Positions 24,847 through 38,215 are shown, counted from the stretch's first letter. The stretch is 64,000 bases of DNA from Eledone cirrhosa (GCA_964016885.1 OZ024747.1:34596001-34660000); one strand, 5' to 3'. Numbers and translations: made by a program. Notes: a model not told the origin generated them from the sequence alone.

Positions 24847-27578
24847 TTGTTATATATATCTAAGGATTACCGTAAAACTAATCGGTGCGTCATCAATGAA
24901 ATCAACGATGCTGGGTTTAAAATCACATCTGATCTCAACATCCTGGACCGGACCGAACCTCTGGACCCTATCTCTCCCCACTTTACCCTGAAGGATCACA
25001 AATCCAATTTTCCGAACAACCCCTCTATTCGGCTTATTAACCCTACGAAGTCCGATTTAGTTAGACTTAGTAAAACGATTCTTGATAGAATTATACCTGA
25101 AATTAGAAGTTTGGCCCCTCTCGCACTGTGAAACAATTCTTTCGCGGTGATTGATTGGTTCAACGGCATATGTAACAAGGAACATTGCCGTTTTATCCAA
25201 TTCGACATCAACAATTACTACTCCTCCATCACTTTACCACTTCTACTTAGAGCTATCAATTTCGCTAAAACACTCACAGTGGTTAAGGATTTTGAAGTTG
25301 ATGTCATCCTTAATGCCCGAAAGTCGGTGATTAATTTCGACGACTCTATTTGGATTAAAAAATCCAATAGTACCCCATTCGACGTGAGTATGGGCGCCAG
25401 TGACTCTGCGGAGGTTACTGATCTTATTGGCCTTTTCCTTCTTTTCTCTATCAAGGACGAATTCTCCCAACGCGGGCGGTGGTTTGTACCGTGACGATGG
25501 TCTTTTGACCATGACTAAGTGCGGACCTCGTGCTTTCGACAGGTTCAGAAAAGAACTCACAGCCTTCTTTAAAGGTTTCAACCTCTCTATACAGGTTGAG
25601 GCCAATCTCTCGGTCGTTAATTACCTCGACGTTACCCTCAATTTATTGAATGGGTTGTATTACCCGTATAGAAAGCCGAATGATACGCTTAATTACATAA
25701 GTAAGCATTCCAACCATCCTGCCACCATAACCAAGAACCTGGTAAGAAACGTTTCGTTGAGGCTTTCCCGTCTTTCCACCAACGAGCGCATTTTCAACGA
25801 CCATTCCACTTATTACAATGAAGCTCTTGCTCGAAGTGGATTTGTCGACAAGGTAGCATATACAGTGTACGAAAATAGACCTAGAAGAAATAGATCCCGT
25901 CGCATTTGTTGGTTTAACCCACCATATAATATGGAGGTGGCCACACCATTAGTTAAGATCTTTCTTTCCCTTATTACGAAGCATTTTCCCCCTACACATA
26001 AATATAGTAAAATTTTTAATAGAAATACTATTAAAATTTATTACTCTACGACTCCTAACCTTGCACATAACATCACAGCTTCAAATTTAGCTAAACTACC
26101 TAGCCGTAGGAACACGTGCAACCCTGTAGGTAGTACTAACTGTAATTGTAGGAATCGGGCTGATTGCCCCTATCCGGGAAATGCCTCTCTAGTAACATTG
26201 TCTACAAATGTAAGGTTGTAACACCCACGTCCCGTAGGGCCTACATAGGGTTAACCGCCAATAGTTTCAAGCAGCGTCTTTACATGCATACCCATTCTTT
26301 TCGTTACCCTCTAAGAAGGAATATGACGTCACTTTCAGCTTATATCTGGAGTCTAAAAGACAACCACACCCAATATAAGTTACACTGGGAGATCCTAGCT
26401 AGGGCTAGATCGTATAACGGATATAAAAGACCATGTGACCTCTGCGCCGCTGAGGCCCTGGAAATACTCTACGCTACAGACCACATCTTAAACAAAAAAT
26501 CTGAGGCAATTTCGGCTTGTAAACATAAATTGCACAAAACTTCCCTGTATTACAGCCCCACGTTATACCTAACGGATAGCACGATCTATACGTGGATATT
26601 TTACGTCTTGATGGGGGAGCTAAGTATATGTTTTGTTTATTCCTTTACGTATTTGCATAGGTAAGTATATATTACCCGTATGTTTTGTGAAGGTACGTAT
26701 ACCTTCTCGTACGTATATTTGACTGTTATAGCGTATAATCTTTACATATTCTGGTATTTAGGGTTTGGCTATGTGTATACGGGAGTTTCGCGTCCGCGTG
26801 AGTGTGCAGGTTCGTACGTATGGTGGGTGTGTGTATATGTGTACTTCTTGTTTTAGTTGACTTACGTCTCCGAACATTCGTGTATTTATATGTAGGTGTG
26901 CGTGTGCGCTTGTTATATACGTATTTATTTACTTATATACGTTTATGTAATTATTTATTTATTGGTACACAAACATACACACACACACATATTTATATGT
27001 GCGTGGTTTTGTATACCCATGGTAAGGTTTTGCGTATGCTTGTGTATGTACGTATCTGTTTGCGTGTATGTATTTATTTGTTCCTATTACTTCTGTATTG
27101 TATTTATTTACTTTGATCTTAACTTTGTAGCGGAGATTCATTTGGTCTCCTAGTTAGAATTTTAGTCTACGATTTCTGCTATACCATTTACGTTGTTTTG
27201 TCTTTGCGTGCTATTGTTCTCCACGCTCCACATATGACTTATTATCTTCGTTTTTTCGTTCATTGCCAGAGAACGTCTCTATGCACCACTTGAGAGAACA
27301 TTAGTCTACGACCTCTTTTATACCATAAACGTGGTTTTGTCTTTGCGCGTAATTGTTTTTCACCGCTCCTGTTAATGACGTATTATTCGTTTTTCCCCGT
27401 TCTTTGCCAGCGAACGTTACCACGAACCAAAGTATCGTCTTCCTGTCTTCCTCCGGTTGCAACGTTTTTTGAAATATCCAGTTCTACGTTGACAGATTGA
27501 CTTTGTTAGTTTCAGAAGATCCCGTTAAGGGTGAAAGCAGCGATTCTTTGCTTAAACTTTAATCTGTTATTTTAATAA

Positions 27579-27585
<7 letters not shown>
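24847..27585 (+). mobile_element. 5'-truncated Penelope-like element (RT + GIY-YIG, possibly Naiad-type) with 3' pLTR
   Basis: [82 protein letters not shown]...YIGLTANSFKQR and CDLCAAE. Stop at 25129 and frameshifts at ~25470 and ~26170. Hammerhead-like motif at 27508. Confidence 0.93.
27508..27558 (+). ncRNA. Hammerhead-like motif with variant core CAGAAGA
   Basis: AGTTT-CAGAAGA-T-CCC-GTTAA-GGG-T-GAA-AGCA-GCGATTCTT-TGCT-T-AAACT; identical copy at 28442-28492. Confidence 0.6.
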
Positions 27586-27624
<39 letters not shown>

Positions 27625-27632
<8 letters not shown>

Positions 27633-27713
27633 ATACTTTGGGAGGGTCATGTTGCCAATAAGAAACACACGCACCAGTATTGGCAACATGACCCTCCCAA
27701 AGTATAACAATAT
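27625..27713. repeat. Perfect 36-bp-arm palindrome with 17-nt spacer
   Basis: ATATTGTTATACTTTGGGAGGGTCATGTTGCCAATA, spacer, then the exact reverse complement. The same sequence occurs unfolded at 33581-33633. Confidence 0.92.
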
Positions 27714-28008
27714 CGGTTTCAACACGCGATTTCAGATAAAGAATCTTGCTAAACAAATTCAGAAATGAAATATATATATATATTCATACACACAAATATA
27801 CACATATACATATAAAAATAAGGAAGCGTGCCCACTTGATAACAAATGCCTGATAAATGACATCGTATACAAATGTGATGTATATATATATATAAGTCTA
27901 TATATCTGTGTGTATGTGTATGTATGTGTATGGGTCTATATATTTATATATTTGTATGTATATGTTTATTTATATATTTATATTTATATTTATATGTGTG
28001 TGTGTATG

Positions 28009-28058
<50 letters not shown>

Positions 28059-28124
28059 TATTCACCCATACACACAGATATGTAGACTTATATATATACA
28101 TATCACATTTGTATACCTTGTTAT

Positions 28125-28220
<96 letters not shown>

Positions 28221-28309
28221 ATAATAATAAAATTGAAGACTAAAATCCAAAGATGGCTCGATAAGGAAAATATATATCAAATATATAAGAACCGTAGAGC
28301 AAATATTTA

Positions 28310-28515
28310 TTAAAATAACAGATTAAAGTTTAAGCAAAGAGTCGCTGCTTTCACCACGAACCAAAGTATCGTCTTCCTGTCTTCCTCCGGTTGCAACGTT
28401 TTTTGAAATATCCAGTTCTGCGTTTACAGATTGACTTTGTTAGTTTCAGAAGATCCCGTTAAGGGTGAAAGCAGCGATTCTTTGCTTAAACTTTAATCTG
28501 TTATTTTAATAAATA
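28310..28515 (+). repeat. Solo pLTR copy of 27421-27585 preceded by a short inverted fragment
   Basis: 28355-28515 matches 27421-27585; 28310-28354 is the reverse complement of its 3' end. Confidence 0.88.
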
Positions 28516-28552
28516 TATATATATATATATATCAATAACATCGTATACAAAA

Positions 28553-28719
28553 AAGGCCAGCAATTATCCAGTACATTACTGGTACATCATTTTATCGATC
28601 CCGTAAGGATGAAAGACAAAGTTGACCTCGGCGGGATTTGAACTCAGAAGGGCAAAGGCCGTAACACTATGCGTCAAAGCATGACGTCCGACCCTCTACC
28701 GATACTGCCAATCCGCCAC
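28553..28719 (-). mobile_element. tRNA-derived SINE copy
   Basis: Match to the SINE family sequence. Confidence 0.87.
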
Positions 28720-28721
28720 TA

Positions 28722-28960
28722 CAAGTAATAATATTTTCGAATCAGCGAGCGAGTTTGAAATTATTTTAAATGTTATCAATCTCCGTATTTTGACTAAAGT
28801 ATTTAAAGAAATTATTTAGCCTGATAGTGGAGTTAAGGACCCTCGGAGAAACGGAAAAAGATGAGTATTGACGTACATGGTAGTGGAACCCACATCTTTG
28901 GTTATCCAGACCACTGTGCAACTATTTATACCAACACATCACCCGTCTGTTTCCATTCAA
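28722..28960 (-). mobile_element. Third copy of the tRNA-like repeat (cloverleaf at 28869-28940)
   Basis: Collinear with 7268-7500. Confidence 0.8.
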
Positions 28961-29004
28961 TATATATATGTATATATATATATTCCATTCAATATATATA
29001 TATA

Positions 29005-29425
29005 TTCTAGGGCGAGTAACATTCCTGAGATCTGTGGACGAGTTCTCTCCAGCGGTCTCTGTCCCTCATCATCGCTGCCCTGTCCTGCGTCTACAACAGA
29101 CCAGTGTCTGTTTTTAGGGCATCAACATACGTTAACCTTGTCCTCCTCTTCCAGTGTGTCCATGTAGGTGCTCCCACAGGAAAACTGAGTGCAATGTGAA
29201 ATCTGGATGTCGGTCAGCATGTCCTGCTGACCTCAATCTCTTCTGTGTCACTTTTGAGCTGACTTTTGGGAGGCTCCCATACAGCTCTGAGTTTTTCATC
29301 CTAAGTGTATACTGATCAATGTTAGGAGCCATCCTCATCATTCTCGTGTAGCACCCATCCACCATCTGAGTGAGTTTGGTGGTCAGTGTCCAAGTCTCCG
29401 ACCCGTACCGCAGCACAGACACCAA
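29005..29425 (-). mobile_element. RTE-clade LINE 3' fragment
   Basis: VLRYGSETWTLT...DGCYTRMMR...NSELYG...RLRSAGH is typical post-RT sequence of RTE-type elements. Confidence 0.8.
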
Positions 29426-29640
29426 TACAGCAATTAAGAGGCAGATTTTCAGGTCTTTATGACACCGATCTCATGTATTATGTGTATATGTATATGTATG
29501 GGTATGTATATATGTATATATATATGTGCTTGTATGTATGTGTTTGTATGCATTTATATGTATGTATGTGTATATGTGTAAGTTTGTGTATATATATATA
29601 TAATTTAAGATCAAAAGATGGTTAAAAGAGTTCCAAGTAT

Positions 29641-29820
29641 TTTATTATGCGCAGTTCAAAAACAAATATCATCATGGGATGATATCTCCGTTCTCATCAG
29701 ATAAAATAGTGAGACATGATATGAAGCTAAAAAAACACTTAAAAGCAGTGAAGTCAAAATCAACATATGTTGATTTAAAACTTCACTGCACACAAGTGTT
29801 TTTTAAGATTTATATCATGT
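29641..29820 (-). repeat. Degenerate hammerhead (29641-29705) next to an imperfect palindrome (29714-29820)
   Basis: Minus strand TTTAT-CTGATGA...GAAC-TGCGCA-TA-ATAAA; the palindrome is centred on AAATCAACATATGTTGATTT. Confidence 0.55.
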
Positions 29821-30069
29821 AATGCACCGAGTAATTGCTGGCCTTGTGCCAAAGGTAGAAACTATTTTTATAATTCTAGTAGTCTATACATTGAGATATC
29901 CACATTTATGTAGTGAATAGGTAATATTTAGATTTATTTCCCAAATTTAACAAGTCAAATGTATTTGTTTCGGAAAATAAGGTTTCTTAAATGATATGGA
30001 CAATAAGCACCAATCTGTAGCAAAATATATTATCTATTCTACCTTTTAACTGCAAATTAATTCATAATT

Positions 30070-30189
30070 GTTTCTACTGTTGGCAGAAGGCCAGAAATTA
30101 CCCAGTACATTACTGGTACTTTATTTTATCGACCCCGTAAGGATAAAAGGCAAAGTTAACCTCGGCGGGATTTGAACTTAGACCGTAAA
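30070..30189 (-). mobile_element. 5'-truncated SINE copy
   Basis: Family core and tail are present. Confidence 0.85.
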
Positions 30190-30295
30190 TTAATTCATGA
30201 TGTGGATAAATATTAAATCAAAAACGTCTGGAGATAGATCTGTAAAAAACAAAGGTTAGATATTAGTGACTCACGATATTGTTAGATATCTATCT

Positions 30296-30860
30296 ACTAC
30301 CATTAAAGCCCGGTGTTGCTCGGGGTCAGTAAGTTACCAAAGTTAGGTTGCACCACCCATTTTATGGCAGCACTTTTTTGTCTTTCAATCACTGGGTGAA
30401 TGAATTGCAGACCTGGACTGCCGAAGCAGGAGCTGCGCCAGCAGTGACAATTGTAGTTTCACCTATGGATATTATCTATGTGCAAAGAAGTGTTGAAATT
30501 TATTGTTCCACAGTACTTGCGCAACACGTGCGTAGACGATGCCAGCCGAGCTGCGATGGAGTTGTTCTGCATTGTTTTCTAATGTGTGTTTTCTAAATTT
30601 AAGACAGTAGGGAGGGGTGTGATATGGGGAGGAGTTAGCTGTTGTTTCTAGCAGGTTTAGTGACCTCATAGAGGATATGTTTTCTAAATTTAAGACAGTA
30701 GGGAGTGGTGTGATATGGGGGAGAATTAGCTGCTGTTTCTAGCAGGTTTAGTGACTTCATAGATGATATGTTTTCTAAATTTAAGATAGTAGGGAGTGGT
30801 GTGATATGGGGGAGAGTTAGCTGCTGTTTCTAGCAGGTTTAATGACCACATAGAGGATAT
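30296..30860 (-). mobile_element. Possible non-autonomous Helitron-like element with internal ~90-bp x3 tandem repeat
   Basis: The minus strand ends with hairpin CCCGAGCAACACCGGG, 8 nt, then GTAG|T (CTRR-like). A ~90-bp unit repeats at ~30590, ~30680 and ~30771. Confidence 0.45.
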
Positions 30861-31031
30861 TATTGTGTATAGTAAATGAACTGATACGTCTTTCTTCCAC
30901 GTTCATTGATAGATGTTTTAAAAAAGAGGTCAGATTTTATTATGTGTGAGGAGATATGTTTTGGATTATTAAACATAAGAGTTTTAAATAGTTGAATGTC
31001 CAAAATAAGGGTTATGTCATTTATTTTCATT

Positions 31032-31424
31032 GGGCGGTGGATTGGCTGTATCGGTAGAGGGTCGGACGCCATGCTTTCCAGCTTACTTACGTCCCTTTAC
31101 GGTCTGAGTTCAAATTCTGTCGAGGTTAACTTTGCCTTTCATCCCTACGAGGTCGATAAAATAATGTAGCAGTAATACACTGGGTAATTGCTGGCCTTGT
31201 GCCAAATGTAGAAACAATTATTTCATTCTCATAATAAGGGCGGTGGATTGGCAGTATCAGTAGAGAGTCCTACGTTATGCTATGCAGTGTAGTGTTACAG
31301 CCCTTTACGGATTGAGTTCAAATCCCGTCGAGGTTAACTTTGCCTTTCACCCTTACAGGGTTGATAAAATAAAGTACTAGTAATGCACTGGGATAATTGC
31401 TGGCCTTGTTCCAAAAATAGAAAC
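31032..31424 (+). mobile_element. Two tandem SINE copies (31032-31215 and 31238-31424)
   Basis: Both run GGGCGGTGGATTGGC...GAGTTCAAAT...GCCTTTCA...TAGAAAC and both are followed by AATTATTTCATTCTCATAAT. Confidence 0.9.
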
Positions 31425-33064
31425 AATTATTTCATTCTCATAATCTACTAACAAACATTGTTCACGTGCATCTTTAAAGTATCTCTAAATTTCCTGTGAG
31501 AGGAACGGCAGCATGCGATTATGAAAAAAAATGCACACAGCTTGTGGAAAAAAATGCACACGTTTATTTGTTACATATTTATTTTGAAAATACAATTTGA
31601 TATTTAGTTGGGAAAACTAATGTGGATAGTCTGCTGGTTTATGTTTTGAAGGCTTCCTATATTTATTGATTGTTTACTATTGATATGTAACGTGATCATA
31701 ATTGGTTTAATTATGATAGTTTCTACGGGCTGAATTGATAGGAATTTTGTTTAATTGCAAAAGAAACAACACTTGATTTATATCAACCAATCAGTAATAT
31801 ATTCCTCGCTCAGTACCCTTAATCACTAATAGTATGTATAGACTGATAAAGCGATAATGGATTAAGAGGTGATTTCAAATTGTTATTCATTTAGTTTTCG
31901 TTTAATTCTAAATAACCGTTGGCGTTAATGTTGTTTCACACATGACAAGCATGTCCGTAAGAGCTAAATAACACTTATTTATGTAATATGTATGTTGTTG
32001 CCTTTCTTAACTTAAGAGAGTAGAAAATGAGATATATTTATCTGCTATCTCTAACAGACTGTCAGGATGTAGAGGTTTTTTTGTTGATTCAGGAATCAAG
32101 TAATTAATCAGTTTGTAGTTGTGGATTGAAATCCTATGGTCTACACCATAACAGAACGTAAATTCATTTCCTTTCATCTAGCTTTCTGTAGCATTTCTAT
32201 TGGCTTGATATAAATTAATTATTGGAGAAATCTAATAGGAATATTCAACATTGAATCGGGCATTTCTATTGTTTTAGGTCTGTGATATATACTAATTAAC
32301 TGAAGATCAATGAAAGTATATTTACGAGTAAGAACAACTACAGTTTAAATAGCACAGACTTTCTTCCTCAGCGTACATGATGAAATGCCAGGATGCGTAC
32401 ACTGATATATCAATTAATTCGAAGTCTGTAAATAAATGCTGGTCTTTTGTAGTGAAGCTTGGTGTTTGTATAGGAATATATAGTCATCAATAGATACACA
32501 TCCCATTAAAAGTAAAAATGTACGGTATTCTGAAACAAATAAATTTCAAGTACATCACTAAATGTCTCGTTTATGTAAATAGATAATGTCTGTCTGAAAT
32601 TGAAAGATAGCTGTGAAAGTGGTTAGCGGTAGTTGGCTTTGAAAGAAAACGAGAAAGATAGAAACAAATATAAGGAGGATAGTGGGAGATTCATAGACAG
32701 AATATCTCAATTTGAATGAATATCAATTAATATATTTAGAGTTTAAATACGGATATGAAGAGCATATAAATGTTACAGAAATACTCCAGACGCCCGGACT
32801 GACAAATAGAAAAACAAAGAGATATTGAAGGAGCAAGAGAGAGTGAGACAGAGGGGAGAGGGGAACTGATGGAGTGAGAGGGGTGGAAAGAGAGGAAGAG
32901 ATGTACGAGAGAGGGAAAGGCATAAGGAAAGAGTGGTTAGCTTCACTATAAAATAGATATCAGTATGTACTCTGTATTAAACCTAGTTCTCTCTTTGCAC
33001 ATACTAATTTTATATTCATAATTTGCAATACTACTTACCTCTTTTTTCAACAAACAATGGGAGA

Positions 33065-33110
33065 TAAGCTGACAGATCTGTTTCACACTGTTGATGATCA
33101 TCAGAGCTTA
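33065..33110 (-). ncRNA. Type I hammerhead ribozyme (mirror of 33206-33251)
   Basis: Exact reverse complement in the left arm. Confidence 0.88.
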
Positions 33111-33205
33111 GAACTCGCTGACGTTTGTTGAAAATTATAGAGGATGGAGTCTTATAGAATTCCATAATCCAGCCTCTATAATTTTCAACAAACGTCGGCG
33201 AGTGC

Positions 33206-33251
33206 TAAGCTCTGATGATCATCAACAGTGTGAAACAGATCTGTCAGCTTA
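33206..33251 (+). ncRNA. Type I hammerhead ribozyme with canonical GUC site
   Basis: TAAGCT-CTGATGA-T-CAT-CAACA-GTG-T-GAAAC-AGATCT-GTC-AGCTTA; stem III is the palindrome ACAGATCTGT. Confidence 0.9.
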
Positions 33252-33474
33252 TCTCCCTTTGTTTGTTGAAAAAAGAGGTAAGTGACATAGTCACTACTTT
33301 AAAATAATAGCGCAAGGTCTTCAAAATGTTTTTAATTAAGCAGACAGTATATTGCCAAATATACTATACATATATTCATGTATATATATATAGAGATATA
33401 TTTCGTTTCTGAAACAAAATGGCGTAGGACAGAACAAAGGAGAGGCACAAAAACAGAGAAGAACAGAATCCCCA

Positions 33475-33517
33475 GTCACTGAAGAGGTCACAGAGTGTGT
33501 GACGAAAGAACTATGAC
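33475..33517 (+). ncRNA. Minimal type I hammerhead ribozyme
   Basis: GTCA-CTGAAGA-G-GTCACA-GAGTG-TGTGAC-GAAAG-AA-CTA-TGAC. Confidence 0.72.
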
Positions 33518-33625
33518 AATATATAAACAACTATCTGGTTGTGGAACCAACCAACCAACCAGAAATTTATAAATTTATAACTGGTGCGTGTGTTTCTTAT
33601 TGGCAACATGACCCTCCCAAAGTAT

Positions 33626-33694
<69 letters not shown>

Positions 33695-34409
33695 AGTGTG
33701 TGTGTGTATGTCTGTGTGTGTGTGTGTGTGTGTGTGAGTGTCTATGTGTGTCTATGTGTGTATGTGTGTGTGTTTTAATGAATACACACATTTTTTTTTT
33801 CATAAAACTAATTACATCCATTTACACCCAACAGCATTTAATTCGAAAGAAGCATACTTTCATTATGAATTCCTTTCTTATCAGCGTAATTTAAAATATA
33901 TATATATTTTTTTTTTTATTTGCTGAAGGCATATTAACTGAAAGTATGTTCACATCGAAGATTACTGAGGAAGCATCAAAAATGTTATCCAAGTTTTTTT
34001 AAACGAAAAGAAGTATCGAAAAGTGCAAAACAGAAGGAAAAGTGTGGTTGAAATATATATGATCCAGTGGGAAGAGATAGAAATTGCCTAGATTAATATA
34101 TAAAATAGAAAGATTTGCAACGTTAATGTTAGTGCCTTTTTTCCCAAACTCTATGGGATAAGATAGTAAATGTGAAAAGGCTTTAAAGGGAACGTAATCC
34201 TTTAAATTGAGAGTAAGAATACGAATTGTATACCATAAGTTCAAATTATTCTCTAAGTTTCTTAAAGCAATTTGATTGGAGTGTTCTGAAAGTATTAATA
34301 ACTTACTACTGTTATTTATATATTTAGGTTGGTTAACTAATGTTATAAGTACAATTAGGTATTTCTTCCTAATGTTGAGTACATACATGCTTATATACGT
34401 ATATATATG

Positions 34410-34513
<104 letters not shown>

Positions 34514-34561
34514 AATTTAATTAAGAAAACCATGTACGAGAGCATTGCCACATCATGTACG

Positions 34562-34715
34562 TATTTCACGGGTCCTTACAAGCGACGTGCGTTTACTAAA
34601 CCTTCAGGTCCAACTTCTTCAAACTGTGCTGATGCAAATTTAAATGGTCAAAGGTTGAACAAGTTGGACATCGAGGCTAAGGAAACGCACGTATCTGGTA
34701 AGGTCCCGAGAAATA
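34562..34715. repeat. Old imperfect palindrome with ~20-nt spacer
   Basis: ACGTGCGTTTACTAAACCTTCAGGTCCAACTTCTTCAA versus TTGAACAAGTTGGACATCGAGGCTAAGGAAACGCACGT; outer pair TATTTCACGGGTCCTTAC/GTAAGGTCCCGAGAAATA. Confidence 0.75.
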
Positions 34716-36011
34716 TCTGGCATTAATAATCATATTCAAACACACCCTACCTATTACCACTATATATATACATATATATATATAACCCACTCAGTAAAGC
34801 ATTATTTTATGTATATTTTCTTTAAACTAATACGAATAAAACAAATTCTATAAAAAGATTATATATATCCAATATATGATGTTAAATAAAATATACATGT
34901 AAATACGTAGAGAATATTAATGAGAGAGAAAATATATATGAATTAGCAAGAAAAACATGTTAAACATGTCATATATTGTTAAAATATGAATTAAACAGAA
35001 ATAAATTATAATTAATTGATATTTAGATTTAATATCGCTTATATACCGGATTAACACTAAATATAAAATTTAAATGATATGGAGATTTAATACCGGATAA
35101 AAAACAAACGAAAATTCATAATTTTTTGTCAACATCATTTAGCAAATTAAATCAATTTTCGAGACACATACATAAGCAACTTTGTCTCTGCATTATTTGT
35201 ATCATTGTCAACCTCTCTCTCCTCATTTTCCTTAAATATTGTACCCCAAACATTAGTATAATTAGCGGCCACATGTTCTTTCTCAGATATCTCCTAGCAC
35301 AATATACATAATTGTTTCTACTATTGGCACAAGGCCAGAAAATTACCCAGTACATTACTGGTACATAATGATTGTATATATATATGACTGAATCTTACCC
35401 ATCTACTATGTCAGGGTATGTCATGCATCATCTTATTTTATCTGATGAACACGTACTGTTGAAGTTAACTCAGTACCTCTGAAATATGTATAATAAAATA
35501 TACTTGATCACAAGAATATCTATTTTGTTAATATTTTGAATTAATATTAATAACTCTGGAAAACCTTTTTTGTTGACTGCTTCTAATCTATTGTAAAACT
35601 CATTTTTTGATGTATTCATTGAACCTTGTTTAACTTTTAAATATATATTCTCGAAGCTCTTTCATACATGGAGAACTGTAATTAACATGGTATTCTGTCA
35701 GATAGATTCTAAAAGAATATCTAAAGGATTGCCTTGGTATAGAGTGAGCAAATACTTCAAATAATGATACTGAATCGCTCTTAACTCTATCAAATTCAGT
35801 GTAATAAAATCTTGTAGAATAATACGCATGCACACCCACCTATACATCTAAACTTACTCAGACGAAAAAGACTATAATTTCGCCTTTTTTCAGTGTCATT
35901 CATAGCTATGGCTTTCTAAATGTTTATTTATAAACGTACCGTATTTCTTGAGAATTACCAAATTCAAATACATATTTGTAAACAGATATGTTCGAAGGTA
36001 AATTCTAATGG

Positions 36012-36061
<50 letters not shown>

Positions 36062-37629
36062 TAATAATAATAAATGTGAAGTCTAAAATCCGCTCAACAC
36101 TTCTATTTTCGGTGCTAAAAGATCGAGAGACCTTATCTCTGGTTAGACATTGACAGATCGAGCACCTGATTCAACATATTCCGTATGTTGGCCATTTTCT
36201 CAGCAAGCGGATACGTTTACGCATTGAGACGATCCTGCCCCTCAAAGTTTTACTGAAACAGGCCATCCTAAGAGGAGACCCTAATTATCAATGTCCTACG
36301 TCTTGGAAAGTTTCCTCACACTCGTCTTCGCCATTATCCGTAAAATGTTTATCGTTTTCGTCATCATCGTTGCCATTGTCAATATCAATGCCACCCTCAT
36401 CCTCCCCCTCCAAATTATACCTAACTATCCTGTCATATAAAAATATGATATACGGAATAATGATTTCATTTCCTTTTTCTTTTTTTTATTTGCTTCGGCT
36501 GCGAAATAGTCTTTGAAGACACTTGTGAGATTAAGGTGGATGGAATTTTCTTGAAACTTTTCAATTTATCTGCAGTAATCTCTGAGCTGTAATTATGATG
36601 GTTCAATCTTGATATCTGATATATTCAGGAACGTGCAAATCAGCGGCGCTCAAATATTGGAGTCAATGTCATGGGCTGTACACCTACTTTTTAATAGAAT
36701 GTCGATTAGAATGATTTGAATGCCACTGAATTGAATTTTGCTTTTCACCATTGAAAGAGTGAGAAAAAAGTCCCTCTTCAATAATAGTTTTGTTTCACAC
36801 TCTAAATATTTTTCTGCGTTCTTATCAGTCCCTCTCTTTCCTTCTTTGGATCTGGAGTGTCATGCGTTCCAACAGATTTTTAAAAGCAATGTAAGTCATT
36901 ACGGCGCCCCCTGACTCCAGGAGATGCAACGCATTAATAAAAGTGCGTGTCGGTGATAAACACCTGCCGATATGAGAATAGAATAACCAACTCGCACATA
37001 TATATCTTCCAATCCTTAGTTTTTTCTGACATCACTCAAATGGGATACATCCCGATAAATTTTACTAAATAAGATCTTCATCTGATGTCGTTGCTTCTGA
37101 TGCTGGTACTATTCTCGTTGTTATAGTCATTTATCTGCAAGTCACCCCTGGTTAGACATTATCAAAATCATTGAATGTGTGATCATGGGCTAAACTATTA
37201 TACTCTACCCTTTAATTTTCTGAGGATATTCGCGTGTGCTATGAAAGAGATCTGACCTATACATCCATGGCGTTGATCAACGGCGTAGAATTTCTATTAT
37301 AGCAGATTTTATTTTCCGCGTTGCTTTTCCTCCAGTGCTGTTTATACTGCTAAAAATCAAAAAGATAAAACTTATAAAGAAACACCCTTTTCATTGATAT
37401 AACTGAAAATATCATTTACATGTGGTAATTCCTGCTAATTCTACAATTCCTTCTCTATCTGCACGTACTGTTGATATTCATGCTGTAATTGTTAAACGCC
37501 AGAATCTTTGCTGTTGCTGTTGTTATTGTAATTATTGCCATTGCTATCAAAAATCTAAATAAAATAATAAAAATAAATCTGTCGAAGAAAACAATAAGGC
37601 TAGCAGTGATGTTAGTAATGGCATTGCCG

Positions 37630-37697
37630 GTGATTATGAGGACAATAATGACGATGATCTTGCTCTTGAGGATGATGATTACGACTATGATGATGAC

Positions 37698-37740
<43 letters not shown>

Positions 37741-37800
37741 TTGATGATGAGGATGTTGATGTTGATGATAATGATGATGGCGATGATAATGATAGCGACG
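37630..37800. repeat. (GAT)n microsatellite
   Basis: Directly visible. Confidence 0.95.
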
Positions 37801-38118
37801 TCGACGAATATAAACGAAAGAACATAAAAAGCAATACAATTACAAAACAATCTTCATATAAAAATCCCTATCTTTTATTTTCGGTTCACTTTGTTATCTT
37901 TTCTTTGTAAATCAACTGTTTTGTGTGCCTTGGTTTGTGTCAAGTAGTTCGAATGTTGAAATACAAAAATATCGACACAAGAAATTTGTCTTTAATAATG
38001 TAATATGGCTTAGATCTTATCAATCTTATTTAGGGTTTTAGCGCCTTTTAACGTTTTTTTTTCTCCTTTCAAGTTGTCCCTGATTTGGATTTTATATTGC
38101 TTACTTCATTCATTCCTT

Positions 38119-38176
38119 CCTTCTTCTTCTTCTTCTTCTTCTTCTTCTTCTTCTTCTTCTTCTTCTTCTTCTTCTT

Positions 38177-38213
<37 letters not shown>
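38119..38213. repeat. (TCT)n followed by (AAT)n microsatellite
   Basis: Directly visible; left boundary of the LINE array. Confidence 0.95.

Positions 38214-38215
<2 letters not shown>

Larger units (their letters stand above)
33033..33283. repeat. 251-bp near-perfect palindrome with 19-nt spacer (33149-33167)
   Basis: ACTTACCTCTTTTTTCAACAAAC matches GTTTGTTGAAAAAAGAGGTAAGT at the outer ends; few mismatches between arms. Confidence 0.95.

Noticed and set aside
25129-25131. In-frame TGA in a Naiad-like PLE as possible selenocysteine
   Set aside because: It aligns to Trp (LPLWENT in the 1-2 kb copy), so a TGG-to-TGA mutation is likelier. The Cys motifs use TGT/TGC and the copy has frameshifts.
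35438-35475. CTGATGA-ACA..TGT-TGAAG hammerhead-like string
   Set aside because: No GAAA and no pairable stem I or III.
36903-36918. CTCF-like motif (minus strand GAGTCAGGGGGCGCC)
   Set aside because: A single partial match is expected by chance and there is no supporting context.
37455-37850. Poly-His, poly-Met and poly-Ile ORFs
   Set aside because: They are the reading frames of the (GAT)n microsatellite.
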